Of a stretch of 64,000 nt of DNA, positions 8,554 through 18,701 are shown piece after piece. The notes under the pieces were generated by a model, which saw only the letters and a list, made by a program, of their open reading frames with translations, made no database searches and was not told the DNA's origin. Source of the DNA: an uncultured Candidatus Binatia bacterium (lineage in GTDB: Bacteria > Desulfobacterota > Binatia > UBA9968 > JAJDTQ01). The stretch spans positions 1,440,001 through 1,504,000 of the forward strand of contig OZ244070.1 in the NCBI GenBank assembly GCA_965215605.1. The letters are read 5' to 3'. The position numbers were made by a program, and so were the translations under genes. Numbering within the stretch: position 1 is the stretch's first letter; every line of letters starts with the position of its first letter.

Positions 8554-9591
8554 TCACTCGGACGGGCTCCTGGTAGCGAGTCCGGCCACGACTGCGAACT
8601 CCGGCCCCTGCGGCCGGGCCGCCGGGGTGGACGGGGCGGACGGGACCTCGCCGACAAGGGACGGACGGTACACGCGGACGTCGGCGTCCAGTGACTGGGC
8701 CAGGCTCGGACCGAGGCCGGGAAGAAGCGCCCCGCCGCCGCTCAGCACGATGCGGCGCGGACCGGTCCCGTCCCCGAGCCCGCCCAGCAGGCTGAGGCCC
8801 CGGCCTGCATCCGCGGCGAAGCGGACGCACCAGGACTCCAACAGCCCGGCCACCTCCGGCGGCGGGTCGCCGCGCTTGAGCGCCTCGGCCTCGTCACGGG
8901 GCACCCTCAACCGCTCGGCCAGACTCTCCGTGGCCTGCTCCCCGCCCCACGGTAACTCGTGGGTCCGTCCCGGCGGGTCGCCCGCCGGGACCTGGAGGAT
9001 GGTGGAGCGGGCGCCCACGTGGATGAGAGCATCGGCGGCAGGTTCTCCGGACGCACCGGCGCCGGACCGGAGCGCGAAGTAGTCCACATCCACCACGGCC
9101 GGAACCAGGCCGGCGGCGTCCACCAGCATGACGTAGCCCTCCACCAGGGTTTTGCGGGCGGCGATGAGCAGGACCTCCAGTCCTCCGTCCTCCGAGGCGC
9201 CGAGGACGTGATAGTCCAGGTTGACAGCGTCGAGGTCCTCGGGGATCGCCTCCATGGCCTCGAACTCGATGGCCCGGTCGAGCTTTTCCACGGGCTGGGC
9301 GGAGACCCGCAACCGCTTCATGATGACCCCCCGGCCCGGCACCGACACCACCGCCTGGCGCGGCCGGCCACGGGCAGGGCCGGCGAACTCGCGGACCGCG
9401 TCTCCGACCACGTCCGGCCGGCGCACGAAACCGTTCTCCACCGCCCCGGGCGACACCGCCAGCGAACCAACCCGCGCCACGCCCCCACCGTCCGCCACCT
9501 CCGCGATCTTGACCGCGCTGGAGCCGACATCCAGCGCGAACCAGGAGCGCGCCCGGCGGGACCAGGGGAGTCGTGAGGCAAGGCCGCGCAT
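8554..9591 (-). CDS. pilM: Type IV pilus assembly protein PilM (actin-like)
   Basis: LDVGSSAVK, VVDVD..AL, IHVGA, LSGGGALLPGL, FAVVAGLA. Start at MRGLAS. Confidence 0.88.
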   Translation of the reverse strand: MRGLASRLPWSRRARSWFALDVGSSAVKIAEVADGGGVARVGSLAVSPGAVENGFVRRPDVVGDAVREFAGPARGRPRQAVVSVPGRGVIMKRLRVSAQPVEKLDRAIEFEAMEAIPEDLDAVNLDYHVLGASEDGGLEVLLIAARKTLVEGYVMLVDAAGLVPAVVDVDYFALRSGAGASGEPAADALIHVGARSTILQVPAGDPPGRTHELPWGGEQATESLAERLRVPRDEAEALKRGDPPPEVAGLLESWCVRFAADAGRGLSLLGGLGDGTGPRRIVLSGGGALLPGLGPSLAQSLDADVRVYRPSLVGEVPSAPSTPAARPQGPEFAVVAGLATRSPSE

Positions 9592-9603
9592 GGGGAGATG
9601 CAA

Positions 9604-9620
9604 CGCAAATGCCGGGCCAG
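9604..9620 (-). promoter_or_regulatory. Sigma54 (-24/-12) promoter candidate of pilM operon
   Basis: CTGGCCCGGCATTTGCG matches YTGGCACGNNNNTTGC with exact GG-N10-GC spacing, 12 nt before the pilM ATG. Confidence 0.6.
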
Positions 9621-9894
9621 CTTCCGAGGGCAACGCGCAAGGGCGGCCGGAGATTGTGAACGGCCGGCGTTGCGCGGCCGAAACCTTGCGCCTTGTCGAG
9701 GAGTTGCGCGTCTTGGGCCGTGGTTTCCAGCACCGACAGCGGCGGCCGTGCGGCGTCACGGGAATCGGACTCTTCACGCCCCGGCGTACTGTCATGCCCA
9801 CGGCGGTCGTCAGCGTTCCGACGGTTGCCTCCGCCGTGATGGGCCGGCGGCGGGGCGTGGCATTCCGGGGCGGTCTCGTGATTAATTCGGGGAG

Positions 9895-12120
9895 ATGGAC
9901 GCGAGGGGGAAATACGCGCTGGTGGCGGTGCCGGCGCCGCTTCAGGAGCCGTTGACCTATGCGGTGCCGCAGGCGTTGGGAGGGCGGCTGCAGGCGGGGA
10001 TGCGCGTGCTCGTGCCGCTGGGCCGGCGGCGGGTGACCGGGGTGGTGGTGGGGTTCGAGCGGGAATCCCCGGTGGCGGGGGTCAAGGAGATCGCCGAGGC
10101 CTTGGACGACGAGGTGCTGTTCGACCGGGGGTTCCTCGATCTGTGCCGCTGGGCGGCGGACTACTACGTGGCGTCCCTGGGGGAGATGCTGGCCACGGCG
10201 CTGCCGCCGCTGCTGCGCACCGAGAGCCGGGTGGTGGCGGCCTTCGCCGCCGACCCGGAAAGCTTTCACGGCGAACTGGACCGGGAGGTGCTGGATGCGC
10301 TCCGGCGGCGCGGGCCGCTGGCGCCGGCGGCGCTGGGCCGGCTGTTCCCGCGCCGCGGGGCCAAGGCCGCCCTGGACCGGTTGGCGGCGGCCGGCGCGGT
10401 GACCCTGGGGGAGCGCCTGAGGGGTCACGTGCGCGAGGCCCGGCGCCGGAAGGCGGCCCGGCCCGAAAACGCCGCCGGGGCGGCCGCGCCCGGCCAGGCG
10501 CCGGTGCTCACCGGGGAGCAGCAGCGGGCCCTCGGGGCCATGGAGCCGCGGCTGCGGCAGGGCGGCTTCGAGACCCTGTTGCTGCACGGGGTCACCGGCA
10601 GCGGCAAGACCGAGGTCTACCTCCAGGCCATGGAGCGGGTGCGTCGCCGGGGCCTGCAGAGCCTGATCCTGGTGCCGGAGATCGCGCTGACGCCGCAGTT
10701 GCTGGACCGCCTGGAAGCGCGCTTTCCGGGCGATGTCGCCGTGCTCCACAGCCGCCTCACCGGCGCCGAGCGCTGGCGCCAATGGTGGCGCGTGGCCCAG
10801 GGCCTGGCCAGGGTGGTGGTGGGGGCGCGCTCCGCGGTCTTCGCCCCGGCCCGGGAGCTTGGGCTCATCGTCGTGGACGAGGAGCACGACTACAGCTACA
10901 AGCAGGAGGAAGGCGTCCGCTATCACGGACGCGACCTGGCGGTGGTGCGGGGCCGCATCGTCGGCTGCCCGGTGATCCTGGGCTCTGCCACTCCCTCGGT
11001 GGAGACCTACCACAACGCCCTCAGCGGCCGGTACCGGATGCTGGAGCTGACCGAGCGGGTGGAGGCCCGGCCCATGCCGGCGGTGGAGATCGTGGACCTC
11101 AAGAGCCGGCCCGGACAGGCCGCCGGGGAGAAGCTCTTCTCCGCGCCGCTGCTGCGCGCGCTCCGGGAGAACCACGAGCAGGGACTCCAGAGCCTGATCT
11201 TCCTCAACCGCCGCGGCTTCGCCTCGTTCCTCCAGTGCTGGTCCTGCGGTTTCGTGGTGCAATGCCCGCGCTGCAGCATCAGCCTCACCTACCATCTCGG
11301 GCGCAACAGCAGCTTCTGCCACCACTGCGGCTTCCGCCAACGCAAGCCCGACGCCTGCCCCGGCTGCGGCAACCTGTCCCTGAGCGAGATCGGGTTCGGC
11401 ACCGAGCGGGTGGAGCACGAGCTTCGCCGGCTGCTGCCCAAGGCGCGCATCGGCCGCATGGACCGGGACACCACCGGCCCCCGGGGCGCCCAGGAACGGA
11501 TCTTCCGGTCGTGGGAGAAGGGGGAACTGGACGTCCTGGTGGGCACGCAGATGGTGGCCAAGGGCCACGACGTGGGCGGGGTGACCCTGGTGGGTGTGAT
11601 CCTGGCCGATTCCTCGCTGAACCTGCCGGACTTCCGGGCGGCAGAGAAGACCTTCCAGATCATCAGCCAGGTGGCCGGCCGGGCCGGCCGGGCGCTCCGG
11701 CCGGGCCGGGTCATCGTGCAGACGCTGGTGCCGGGCCACTACTGCTTCGGCCACGCCCGGGACCACGACTACCCGGCGTTCTTCGCCACCGAGACCGCGT
11801 TCCGGCGGGAGCTGGGCTACCCGCCGTTCCAGCACCTGGTGCACCTGCGCGTCGACGGCGCCGACGGCGACAAGGTGGCCCGGAGCGTCCGGGAACTCGC
11901 CCGGGAGCTGCGCCGGAGGGAAGCCCGGGAACCGGTGGAGATACTCGGCCCCGCGCCCGCTCCCATCGCCCGGCTGCGCAACCGCTACCGCTGGCAGATC
12001 CTGCTCAAGGGGGCCAACCGGCCGGCGCTCCTGGCCGTGGCCCGGCGCGCGGTGGCGCTCCTGCCCAAGGGCCGGGCCGCCCGGATCCACGTTGATGTGG
12101 ATCCTTACAACATGTTATAG
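9895..12120 (+). CDS. priA: Primosomal protein N'
   Basis: GVTGSGKT, VPEIALTPQ, DEEH, four CxxC pairs, QVAGRAGR, DVDP terminus. Confidence 0.97.
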   Translation: MDARGKYALVAVPAPLQEPLTYAVPQALGGRLQAGMRVLVPLGRRRVTGVVVGFERESPVAGVKEIAEALDDEVLFDRGFLDLCRWAADYYVASLGEMLATALPPLLRTESRVVAAFAADPESFHGELDREVLDALRRRGPLAPAALGRLFPRRGAKAALDRLAAAGAVTLGERLRGHVREARRRKAARPENAAGAAAPGQAPVLTGEQQRALGAMEPRLRQGGFETLLLHGVTGSGKTEVYLQAMERVRRRGLQSLILVPEIALTPQLLDRLEARFPGDVAVLHSRLTGAERWRQWWRVAQGLARVVVGARSAVFAPARELGLIVVDEEHDYSYKQEEGVRYHGRDLAVVRGRIVGCPVILGSATPSVETYHNALSGRYRMLELTERVEARPMPAVEIVDLKSRPGQAAGEKLFSAPLLRALRENHEQGLQSLIFLNRRGFASFLQCWSCGFVVQCPRCSISLTYHLGRNSSFCHHCGFRQRKPDACPGCGNLSLSEIGFGTERVEHELRRLLPKARIGRMDRDTTGPRGAQERIFRSWEKGELDVLVGTQMVAKGHDVGGVTLVGVILADSSLNLPDFRAAEKTFQIISQVAGRAGRALRPGRVIVQTLVPGHYCFGHARDHDYPAFFATETAFRRELGYPPFQHLVHLRVDGADGDKVARSVRELARELRRREAREPVEILGPAPAPIARLRNRYRWQILLKGANRPALLAVARRAVALLPKGRAARIHVDVDPYNML

Positions 12121-12174
12121 ATTCTTCCTTGGGGGGGCTCCCCCGATATCTCGATTTCAGGACGCCAGCCAGAC

Positions 12175-12711
12175 ATGATCCTCGACATCCTCAAGTTTCC
12201 GGACCCGATCCTGCGCGCGCCGGCGCGGCCGGTGGAGGCCATCACCGGCGAGACCGCCGAGCTCATGCAGAACATGCTGGAGACCATGTACGCGGCCCCG
12301 GGCATCGGGCTGGCGGCGCCCCAGGTGGGGGTCTCCCGGCGCATCATCGTGCTGGACCTCGACCACGAGAACCCCGGCGACAACGTCATCAAGCTGGCCA
12401 ACCCGGTGATCCACGAGGCCGAGGGCGAGGTGGTCTTCGAGGAGGGCTGCCTCAGCGTCGCCGACTTCACCGCGGAGGTGCAGCGGGCGGAGCGGGTGGC
12501 GGTGTCCGGGTACGACGAGAACGGCGACGAGGTGGAGATCGAGGCGGACGGGCTCCTGGCGGTGGCGCTGCAGCACGAGATCGACCATCTCGACGGCAAG
12601 CTCTTCATCGACCGCATCAGCCGCCTCAAGCGCGATCTCTACGTGCGCAAGCTCAAGAAGTCCATCCGCACGGGCAGGGAGATGCCGGAGAACCGCGGCG
12701 TCGTCATCTGA
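12175..12711 (+). CDS. def: Peptide deformylase
   Basis: GIGLAAPQ, EGCLS, HEIDH motifs. Confidence 0.98.
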   Translation: MILDILKFPDPILRAPARPVEAITGETAELMQNMLETMYAAPGIGLAAPQVGVSRRIIVLDLDHENPGDNVIKLANPVIHEAEGEVVFEEGCLSVADFTAEVQRAERVAVSGYDENGDEVEIEADGLLAVALQHEIDHLDGKLFIDRISRLKRDLYVRKLKKSIRTGREMPENRGVVI

Positions 12712-12795
12712 ACCCGGGGTCGTCGCATTCATCCGTACCGGACGCGCTCCGGCGCGCCCGTCTCCAGCCCGTAGACACACTCCCGGAGACATTCC

Positions 12796-13758
12796 ATGCG
12801 CATCGTCTTCATGGGCACGCCGCACTCGGCGGCGTCCTCGCTTCAGACCCTGCTCGACGGTCCCCACGAGGTGGCGGGGGTGGTGACCCAGCCGGACCGC
12901 CCGTCGGGGCGGGGCCAGTCCACCACGCCCTCGCCGGTGCGCCGGATCGCGGAAGAGCACGGGATTCCGGTGCTGACGCCGCTCAAGATGAAGGACCCCG
13001 GCCTGCTGGAGCGGCTGCGCGGCTGGCGGCCGGACCTCATGGCGGTGGTGGCCTACGGGCGCATCCTGCCCCAGACCATCCTGGACCTGGCGCCCCTGGG
13101 CTGCGTCAATGTCCACTACTCCCTGCTTCCCAAGTACCGCGGCGCCGCGCCCATGCAATGGGCCATCCTCCAGGGAGAGCCCGTCACCGGGGTGACCACC
13201 ATGCAACTCGTGGCGGAGATGGACGCGGGGCCAGTGTTGCTGGCGGAACAGGTCGCCATGGAACCCGGCGACACCGTGACCACGCTGGAGGCGCGGCTGG
13301 TGCCCCTGGGCGCCGGGCTCCTGGTGGAGACCGTGGCCGGCCTGGAGCGGGGATCGCTCACGCCCCGGCCCCAGGACCCGGCCGCCGTCACCTTCGCGCC
13401 GATGCTCCGGAAGGAGGACGGGCGCATCGACTGGCGCCGCCCGGCGGCGGAGATAGAGCGGCGCGTCCGGGCCTTCACCCCCTGGCCCTCGGCCTTCACC
13501 TGGTGGCAGGGGAAACGCATCAAGGTCCACGGCGCGAGGCTGGCGGACGGGACTCCCGCGCCGGGCGCCGACGCGCCCGGAACGGTGATGCTGGCCGGCG
13601 CGGACGGTATCCGGGTGGCCGCCGGCGACGGCGCGCTGCTGCTCACCGAGGTGCAGGCGGAAGGCCGGAAACGAATGCCGGCGGAGGACTTCCTCCGAGG
13701 CGCCGGGCTCCGGCAGGGGATGCGGTTCGACCCCGCGTCGCCCCGGGCCCCGGGGTGA
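12796..13758 (+). CDS. fmt: Methionyl-tRNA formyltransferase
   Basis: FMGTP, TQPDRP, NVHYSLLPKYRGAAP, MDAG. Confidence 0.98.
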   Translation: MRIVFMGTPHSAASSLQTLLDGPHEVAGVVTQPDRPSGRGQSTTPSPVRRIAEEHGIPVLTPLKMKDPGLLERLRGWRPDLMAVVAYGRILPQTILDLAPLGCVNVHYSLLPKYRGAAPMQWAILQGEPVTGVTTMQLVAEMDAGPVLLAEQVAMEPGDTVTTLEARLVPLGAGLLVETVAGLERGSLTPRPQDPAAVTFAPMLRKEDGRIDWRRPAAEIERRVRAFTPWPSAFTWWQGKRIKVHGARLADGTPAPGADAPGTVMLAGADGIRVAAGDGALLLTEVQAEGRKRMPAEDFLRGAGLRQGMRFDPASPRAPG

Positions 13759-13804
13759 CATACGCGGCCGACGGCAAAAAGGACCCTCCGTTCAGGATCT
13801 ATTC

Positions 13805-15154
13805 ATGGGGCAGGACGCCAACAACCCACGTGCGCTCGCCCTCGCCCTGCTGGACCGCGTCGACCGGCGGCAGGCCTACGCAGATGTGCTGCTGAGCGCG
13901 CGCCTGGATCGGGCGGCCCTGCCGGCCGCCGACGCGGCGCTGCTGACCCGGACGGTCTACGGCACGCTCCGCTGGCGCGGCCGCATCGACTGGGTGCTGG
14001 GCGCGCTGCTCCGGAAACCGCTGAAGGACCTGGACCCGCTGGTCCGCAACCTGCTCCGCCTGGGGGGCTACGAGCTGCTCTTCCTGGACCGGGTGCCCGC
14101 CTACGCCACCGTCAACGAGATGGTGGAGCTGGCCCGGAGACGCGCCGGACCGGGCAAGGCGCGGCTGGTGAACGCGGTGCTGCGCCGGATCGCGGACCGG
14201 GAGCCCGAGGCCTGGTCGCCGCCCGCGTCCGGAAACGCCGAGGAGGAGGCCGCGCTGGTCTCACACCCGCCGTGGCTCGCCGCCCTGTGGCGGAAGCAGT
14301 TCGGCGCGGACGAGAGCCGGCGGCTGATGGAAGCCAACAACGAGGATGCGCCGCTGGTGCTGCGCGCCAACCGGCGGAGGATCGGCCGGGACGAACTGGT
14401 GCGGCGGCTGCGCGACCGCGGCGTCGACGCCCGGCCCGGGGCATGGTCGCCGCTGGCGGTACGGGTGCGCGGCACCGCCTCCCCCGGCGGCCTCGCCGAG
14501 TTCCGCGAGGGTCTGTGCCAGGTGCAGGGCGAAGCCTCCCAACTGGTGGGCTTCCTGGCGGCTCCGGAGCCCGGCCTGCGGGTGCTGGACGCCTGCGCGG
14601 CCCCCGGCGGCAAGACCACCCACATGGCGGAACTGATGGACGACCGGGGCGAGGTGCTGGCCTGCGACGTGTCGGAACGGGGCCTCGGCAGGCTGGCGGA
14701 CAACGCCCGCCGCCTGGGCCTGAGCTGCATCCACGCCCGCCCCGGCGACGCCGCCCGGTACCTTCCGGGCGAGCCGGACAGCTTCGACCGCGTGCTGGTG
14801 GACGCGCCCTGCTCCGGCCTGGGAACGCTGCGGGCGCACCCCGAGATCCGCTGGCGCCGCACCTGGAAGGACCTTGAGCGGCTGGCGACGCTGCAGGCCG
14901 CCATTCTGGAACAGGCCGCCTCACGGGTACGCCCCGGCGGCCTCCTCGTGTATGCCACCTGCACCCTCTCGCCGATCGAGAACGAAACGCTGGTGGGGGC
15001 ATTCGTCGAGCGCCACGCCGAGTTCGCCCTGGAGGACGCCGCCGCCCACCTTCCCGGCGCCGCCCACGCCATGACCGCCGGACGCCACTTCGTCACCCTG
15101 CCCCACCGCCATGACACCGACGGCTTCTTTGCCGCCCGCATGCGGCGGCGATGA
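13805..15154 (+). CDS. rsmB: 16S rRNA m5C967 methyltransferase
   Basis: NusB-like N-terminus, DACAAPGGKT, DAPCSG, YATCT. Confidence 0.95.
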   Translation: MGQDANNPRALALALLDRVDRRQAYADVLLSARLDRAALPAADAALLTRTVYGTLRWRGRIDWVLGALLRKPLKDLDPLVRNLLRLGGYELLFLDRVPAYATVNEMVELARRRAGPGKARLVNAVLRRIADREPEAWSPPASGNAEEEAALVSHPPWLAALWRKQFGADESRRLMEANNEDAPLVLRANRRRIGRDELVRRLRDRGVDARPGAWSPLAVRVRGTASPGGLAEFREGLCQVQGEASQLVGFLAAPEPGLRVLDACAAPGGKTTHMAELMDDRGEVLACDVSERGLGRLADNARRLGLSCIHARPGDAARYLPGEPDSFDRVLVDAPCSGLGTLRAHPEIRWRRTWKDLERLATLQAAILEQAASRVRPGGLLVYATCTLSPIENETLVGAFVERHAEFALEDAAAHLPGAAHAMTAGRHFVTLPHRHDTDGFFAARMRRR

Positions 15155-15318
15155 CGACCGGCCGAATCGAAGACGGCAGCCCGCGCATCTGATCCAGGAT
15201 ATCTGCGGCAAGGGTAGTCTCGGCTCTGACGCACTACTTTCCAGCCAGCCTCGTTTACGTCTCATCCGCCGTGTGTTAGATTTCCTGTCGACGGCCCGGG
15301 TTCCACCGGACCGAAAGT

Positions 15319-15395
15319 CGGGGCGTGGCTCAGCCTGGTAGAGCGCACGGTTCGGGTCCGTGAAGTCGCTGGTTCAAATCCAGTCGCCCCGACCA
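15319..15395 (+). tRNA. tRNA-Pro (CGG)
   Basis: CGGGGCG acceptor stem, D-loop CAGCCTGGTAGAG, anticodon arm CACGG-TTCGGGT-CCGTG, GGTTCAAATCC T-arm, encoded CCA. Confidence 0.96.
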
Positions 15396-15414
15396 TTCCA
15401 CCCACCCCACCCCT

Positions 15415-15434
15415 GCCCCGGGTCAAGCCCGGGA
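15415..15434. repeat. REP-like palindrome
   Basis: CCCCGGGTCAAGCCCGGG immediately after the tRNA. Confidence 0.6.
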
Positions 15435-15450
15435 CGGCGATCGCGGCCGG

Positions 15451-16611
15451 CTATCCGAGGCGGAAGAACTCGATGGCGTTGGCGGCCACCAGGCGGTGGC
15501 GCTCGTCCGGGGGGACGCCCTCCATCTGCGCGTCCAGGAGCTGCATGGAGTGCGGCCAGCGCGTGACGACGTGGGGAAAGTCGCTGCCCCACATCATGCG
15601 GTCCACGCCCACGTCGTGGCGCAGCCGGACGCCCACGCGATCCTCGAAGAACCCCCAGTAGGCGTGCTCCCTGAGATACTCGCTGGGCAGGCGTTTCAGC
15701 CGCGGCAGCCCCATCTGGCGCTCGGCCCAAAAGCGGTTGACGGAATACTCGTGGTCCATCTGCTCGTAGAAGTACGGCAGCCAGCCCACGTTGTTCTCGG
15801 CCCAGTAGATGCGCAGCCTGGGGAACCGGTCGAAGATCCCGGCCACCACCATCTGACTGGCCTCTACCGAGCCCGAGTGGTACGGGCCCTGGCGGGCCAG
15901 GCGCTGGACGAAGTCCGTGGGCGGGCGGCGCTCGCCCGGGGGTTCCTGGGGATACTGGAACAGCGGCGTCTCCCGGCTGCCGACCTTGGTGGTGAAGGAG
16001 GTGTGCACCACCACCGGCACGTCGAGGTCCAGGGCCGCGGCCCAGAAACGGTCGTCCTCGGGCGAAGGATAGCCCTTGCCGCTGGGGTAGGTGCTCAGCC
16101 ATACCGCCTTGAAGCCCAGGCGCTTGCAGTGCTCCATCTCCGCGATGTCGTCCTCGATGCCGCGGTTGGGAAGGATGCCCACGCCGATCAGGCGCTCCGG
16201 ATCGACGGCACAGTACTCCTCGGCCATGAATGCGTTGAAGTGGTGGATGATGCCGGCGTACACCTCCCGGTCCCGGATACCGGGACCGCGCACCTCCAGG
16301 GCGAACAGCACCTCGGCGTCGATGCCGTCCTGGTCCTGCTCGCGCAGCCGCTGCTCGGGGCCGCCGCAGCCGGGTGTGTTGTCGAAGTCGATGGTGGCGG
16401 GATCGAACTCTTCCGGGGGCCGGCCGGCATAGTAGCTGGTGCCGCCGTACACCAGCGGCCGCCCCTCCCGTTGCAGCGCGTCCCGGCCGTCGGGAAGGCG
16501 TATCCTCCGGCTGGCCCGGTCCCGGTACTTTGCGGGGATGCGGTGCCGCCACAGGTCGGGCGGCGCTTCGAAGTGGCTGTCCGCGGAAACGTGCCGGTAG
16601 TCTCTCCCCAT
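15451..16611 (-). CDS. Amidohydrolase family protein (Amidohydro_2)
   Basis: SADSH, VVVH, WGSDFPH motifs. Confidence 0.9.
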   Translation of the reverse strand: MGRDYRHVSADSHFEAPPDLWRHRIPAKYRDRASRRIRLPDGRDALQREGRPLVYGGTSYYAGRPPEEFDPATIDFDNTPGCGGPEQRLREQDQDGIDAEVLFALEVRGPGIRDREVYAGIIHHFNAFMAEEYCAVDPERLIGVGILPNRGIEDDIAEMEHCKRLGFKAVWLSTYPSGKGYPSPEDDRFWAAALDLDVPVVVHTSFTTKVGSRETPLFQYPQEPPGERRPPTDFVQRLARQGPYHSGSVEASQMVVAGIFDRFPRLRIYWAENNVGWLPYFYEQMDHEYSVNRFWAERQMGLPRLKRLPSEYLREHAYWGFFEDRVGVRLRHDVGVDRMMWGSDFPHVVTRWPHSMQLLDAQMEGVPPDERHRLVAANAIEFFRLG

Positions 16612-16628
16612 GAAGTCGTGATCCTGAG

Positions 16629-17474
16629 TCAGGCCGCTTCGGACAAGGGCCAGTCCAGCCATTCCGCCAACGCCCGCCCCAGGATCCACTCCTTCTCGGC
16701 CGCCGTCAGGTTTTGCAGCTCCTCGGTGAACAGCGTCAGCGCCTCGCGGTAGGGACAGGGAAGGTGGGACAGGTCCGTGCCCCAAAACACCCGGCGGGGT
16801 CCGAAGGCGTCCACCACCCGCCGGATCTGCGGGTGAAGCGAGGGATAGGGGTAGCTCTCGGTGGAATAGCACGGCAGCGCCGAGGCCTTCACGGCCACGT
16901 TGGGCAGGGCCGCGAGCTTGACGACGCCGTCGACGATGGGAGCCAGCGGCTTGCCGATGAGGCTCGAATTGAGCCCCATGTGGTCGATGCACAGACGCAG
17001 CCCGGGGTGGCGCGCGGCCACCTCGGCGAGGCGCGGCAGCGCATGGGGCGCCAGCGCCATGACCGGGACGTCGTGGCGCTCGGCCGCGGCCCAGAACCAG
17101 TCGATGGTGTCGTCGTCCAGCCAGGCGCGGTACCGGCCGCGATGGAAGGTCAGGCGGATCCCCAGCATGCCCGGCTGTTCCTTCCAGGCGGCCATGCGCT
17201 CCCGGCTTTCGGGCGCGTCCAGGGTCAGCCGGCCCATGACCGCGAAGCGGTCCGGGTGGAGGCGCGCGGCCGCCAGCGAGGTGTCGTTCCGGTCCGCTTC
17301 CCAGGTGGGCGGCACCAGCACCGCGCGGGCGACGCCGGCGCCGTCCATCTCGCGCAGCAGTTCTTCATGTCCCAGGGGCTCGGGGCGGTGAGGCTTGGCG
17401 GCGTCCACCCGGTCCCAAGGCTTGTCCGGGGTCTCGGCGGCCCAGATGTGGACCTGCGAATCGATGATCTGCAT
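16629..17474 (-). CDS. Amidohydrolase family protein (L-fuconolactonase-like)
   Basis: IDSQVHIW, IDHMG, VAVKAS, FWGTD. Confidence 0.88.
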   Translation of the reverse strand: MQIIDSQVHIWAAETPDKPWDRVDAAKPHRPEPLGHEELLREMDGAGVARAVLVPPTWEADRNDTSLAAARLHPDRFAVMGRLTLDAPESRERMAAWKEQPGMLGIRLTFHRGRYRAWLDDDTIDWFWAAAERHDVPVMALAPHALPRLAEVAARHPGLRLCIDHMGLNSSLIGKPLAPIVDGVVKLAALPNVAVKASALPCYSTESYPYPSLHPQIRRVVDAFGPRRVFWGTDLSHLPCPYREALTLFTEELQNLTAAEKEWILGRALAEWLDWPLSEAA

Positions 17475-17508
17475 GGCCGGTCGGATACCAGTCCGGTGAC
17501 GGCCGCGG

Positions 17509-18678
17509 TTACCCGGCCGCCTGCGTCTCGGCGTCGCGGTAGGTCCACTGGAAATCGCGGTGGCGGTAGACCTCGTCCGGCATCAGGCTGGTGAGTTGCC
17601 GCTTGTCCAACTCGCCCTCGAAGCGCTCGCGGATCGACGGATCCTCGTCCGCGTACTCGATCTGGTCTTTGGCGCGGTCCTCGACCTTCTCGGCGTGGCC
17701 GCGGAACTGCCGGGGCGGATGGAGCGCCAGGTAGCGGGCCGGCGTGCCGCCGGCGTTGAAGTGCTGGTGGAACCACTTGCCCGGAGGGACGAACATGCTG
17801 GCCTCGTGCCACGGCGCCACCACTTTCTCCTTCCCCTCTTCCCACAGGATGGAGTAGCCCTCCCCGGCGGGGATGACGATGACCCGGCCCGGGCCGTGCC
17901 GGTGGGCCTTCTTGTAGGTGCGGGACGGGAACACCGACATGTGGCAGGACATCTCGGAGTTGGGGAAGGTCATGAGCACGCTGTGACCGCCCGCGCCCCG
18001 GCGGCTGCTGCGGTTGAGCTTGTTCCAGGAGCCCATGTCGGGGAAGAAGTTGCCGTACCAGAAGATGCCGCTGCGGCCGCCCCAGGTCCGGGTGGGGTCG
18101 CCGTCGCGCACGAGCTTGGCCTCGGAGTAGAGCTGGCCGCCGTTGGACAGGAAATCCTCCCCCTCGTGTTGATTGTTGAAGAAGAACGCCGGGTCGGTGT
18201 TGAGCGACATGGCCAGCGGGAGATAGCTGTAGCGCAGGAGCCGCACCGGCTGGTCGCCGCGCATGTTGCTCATGGTGTGGTGGTAGTTGTGCGGCACCTG
18301 GAACAGGCTGCGGGGCTGCCACTCGAAGCTGGTCTTGGCGCCGTTCTCGCCCGGCCACACCGTGGTGACGCCCTGGCCCTGGAGCACGTAGACCAGCTCG
18401 TCGAGGGCGAACTTCAGCGGCGGCAGCGTTCCCCCCGGAGGGATCTCCTGCACCATGGCGGAGGTGACCCCTTCCTGTCCCACGAGCTGGATGAAGGCGC
18501 TCTCGCAGCCCCGCTCCTCCCACCAGCCCAGCTCCACCGTACGCAGGTCCTCGATGAAGTAGCCCCGATGGATCGGCACGCCGGTGGAGGCCATCCAGTC
18601 GTCGTAGGTGTATTCCTTGACCTCCAGCTCGGGGGCAACGGAATCGTCGGAAGTCGTGTCGGGGTGGACCTGCGTCAT
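17509..18678 (-). CDS. Bicupin protein (gentisate-dioxygenase-like fold)
   Basis: Two cupin repeats; HRHGPG and WFHQHFN metal motifs in the second repeat. Confidence 0.78.
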   Translation of the reverse strand: MTQVHPDTTSDDSVAPELEVKEYTYDDWMASTGVPIHRGYFIEDLRTVELGWWEERGCESAFIQLVGQEGVTSAMVQEIPPGGTLPPLKFALDELVYVLQGQGVTTVWPGENGAKTSFEWQPRSLFQVPHNYHHTMSNMRGDQPVRLLRYSYLPLAMSLNTDPAFFFNNQHEGEDFLSNGGQLYSEAKLVRDGDPTRTWGGRSGIFWYGNFFPDMGSWNKLNRSSRRGAGGHSVLMTFPNSEMSCHMSVFPSRTYKKAHRHGPGRVIVIPAGEGYSILWEEGKEKVVAPWHEASMFVPPGKWFHQHFNAGGTPARYLALHPPRQFRGHAEKVEDRAKDQIEYADEDPSIRERFEGELDKRQLTSLMPDEVYRHRDFQWTYRDAETQAAG

Positions 18679-18701
18679 CGATGGTTTCTCCTTGTTTCGA
18701 C

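Noticed and set aside
8554-12090. 1178-aa minus-strand ORF
   Set aside because: Only the last ~345 aa (PilM) are real; the rest is the antisense shadow of priA, typical of high-GC3 DNA
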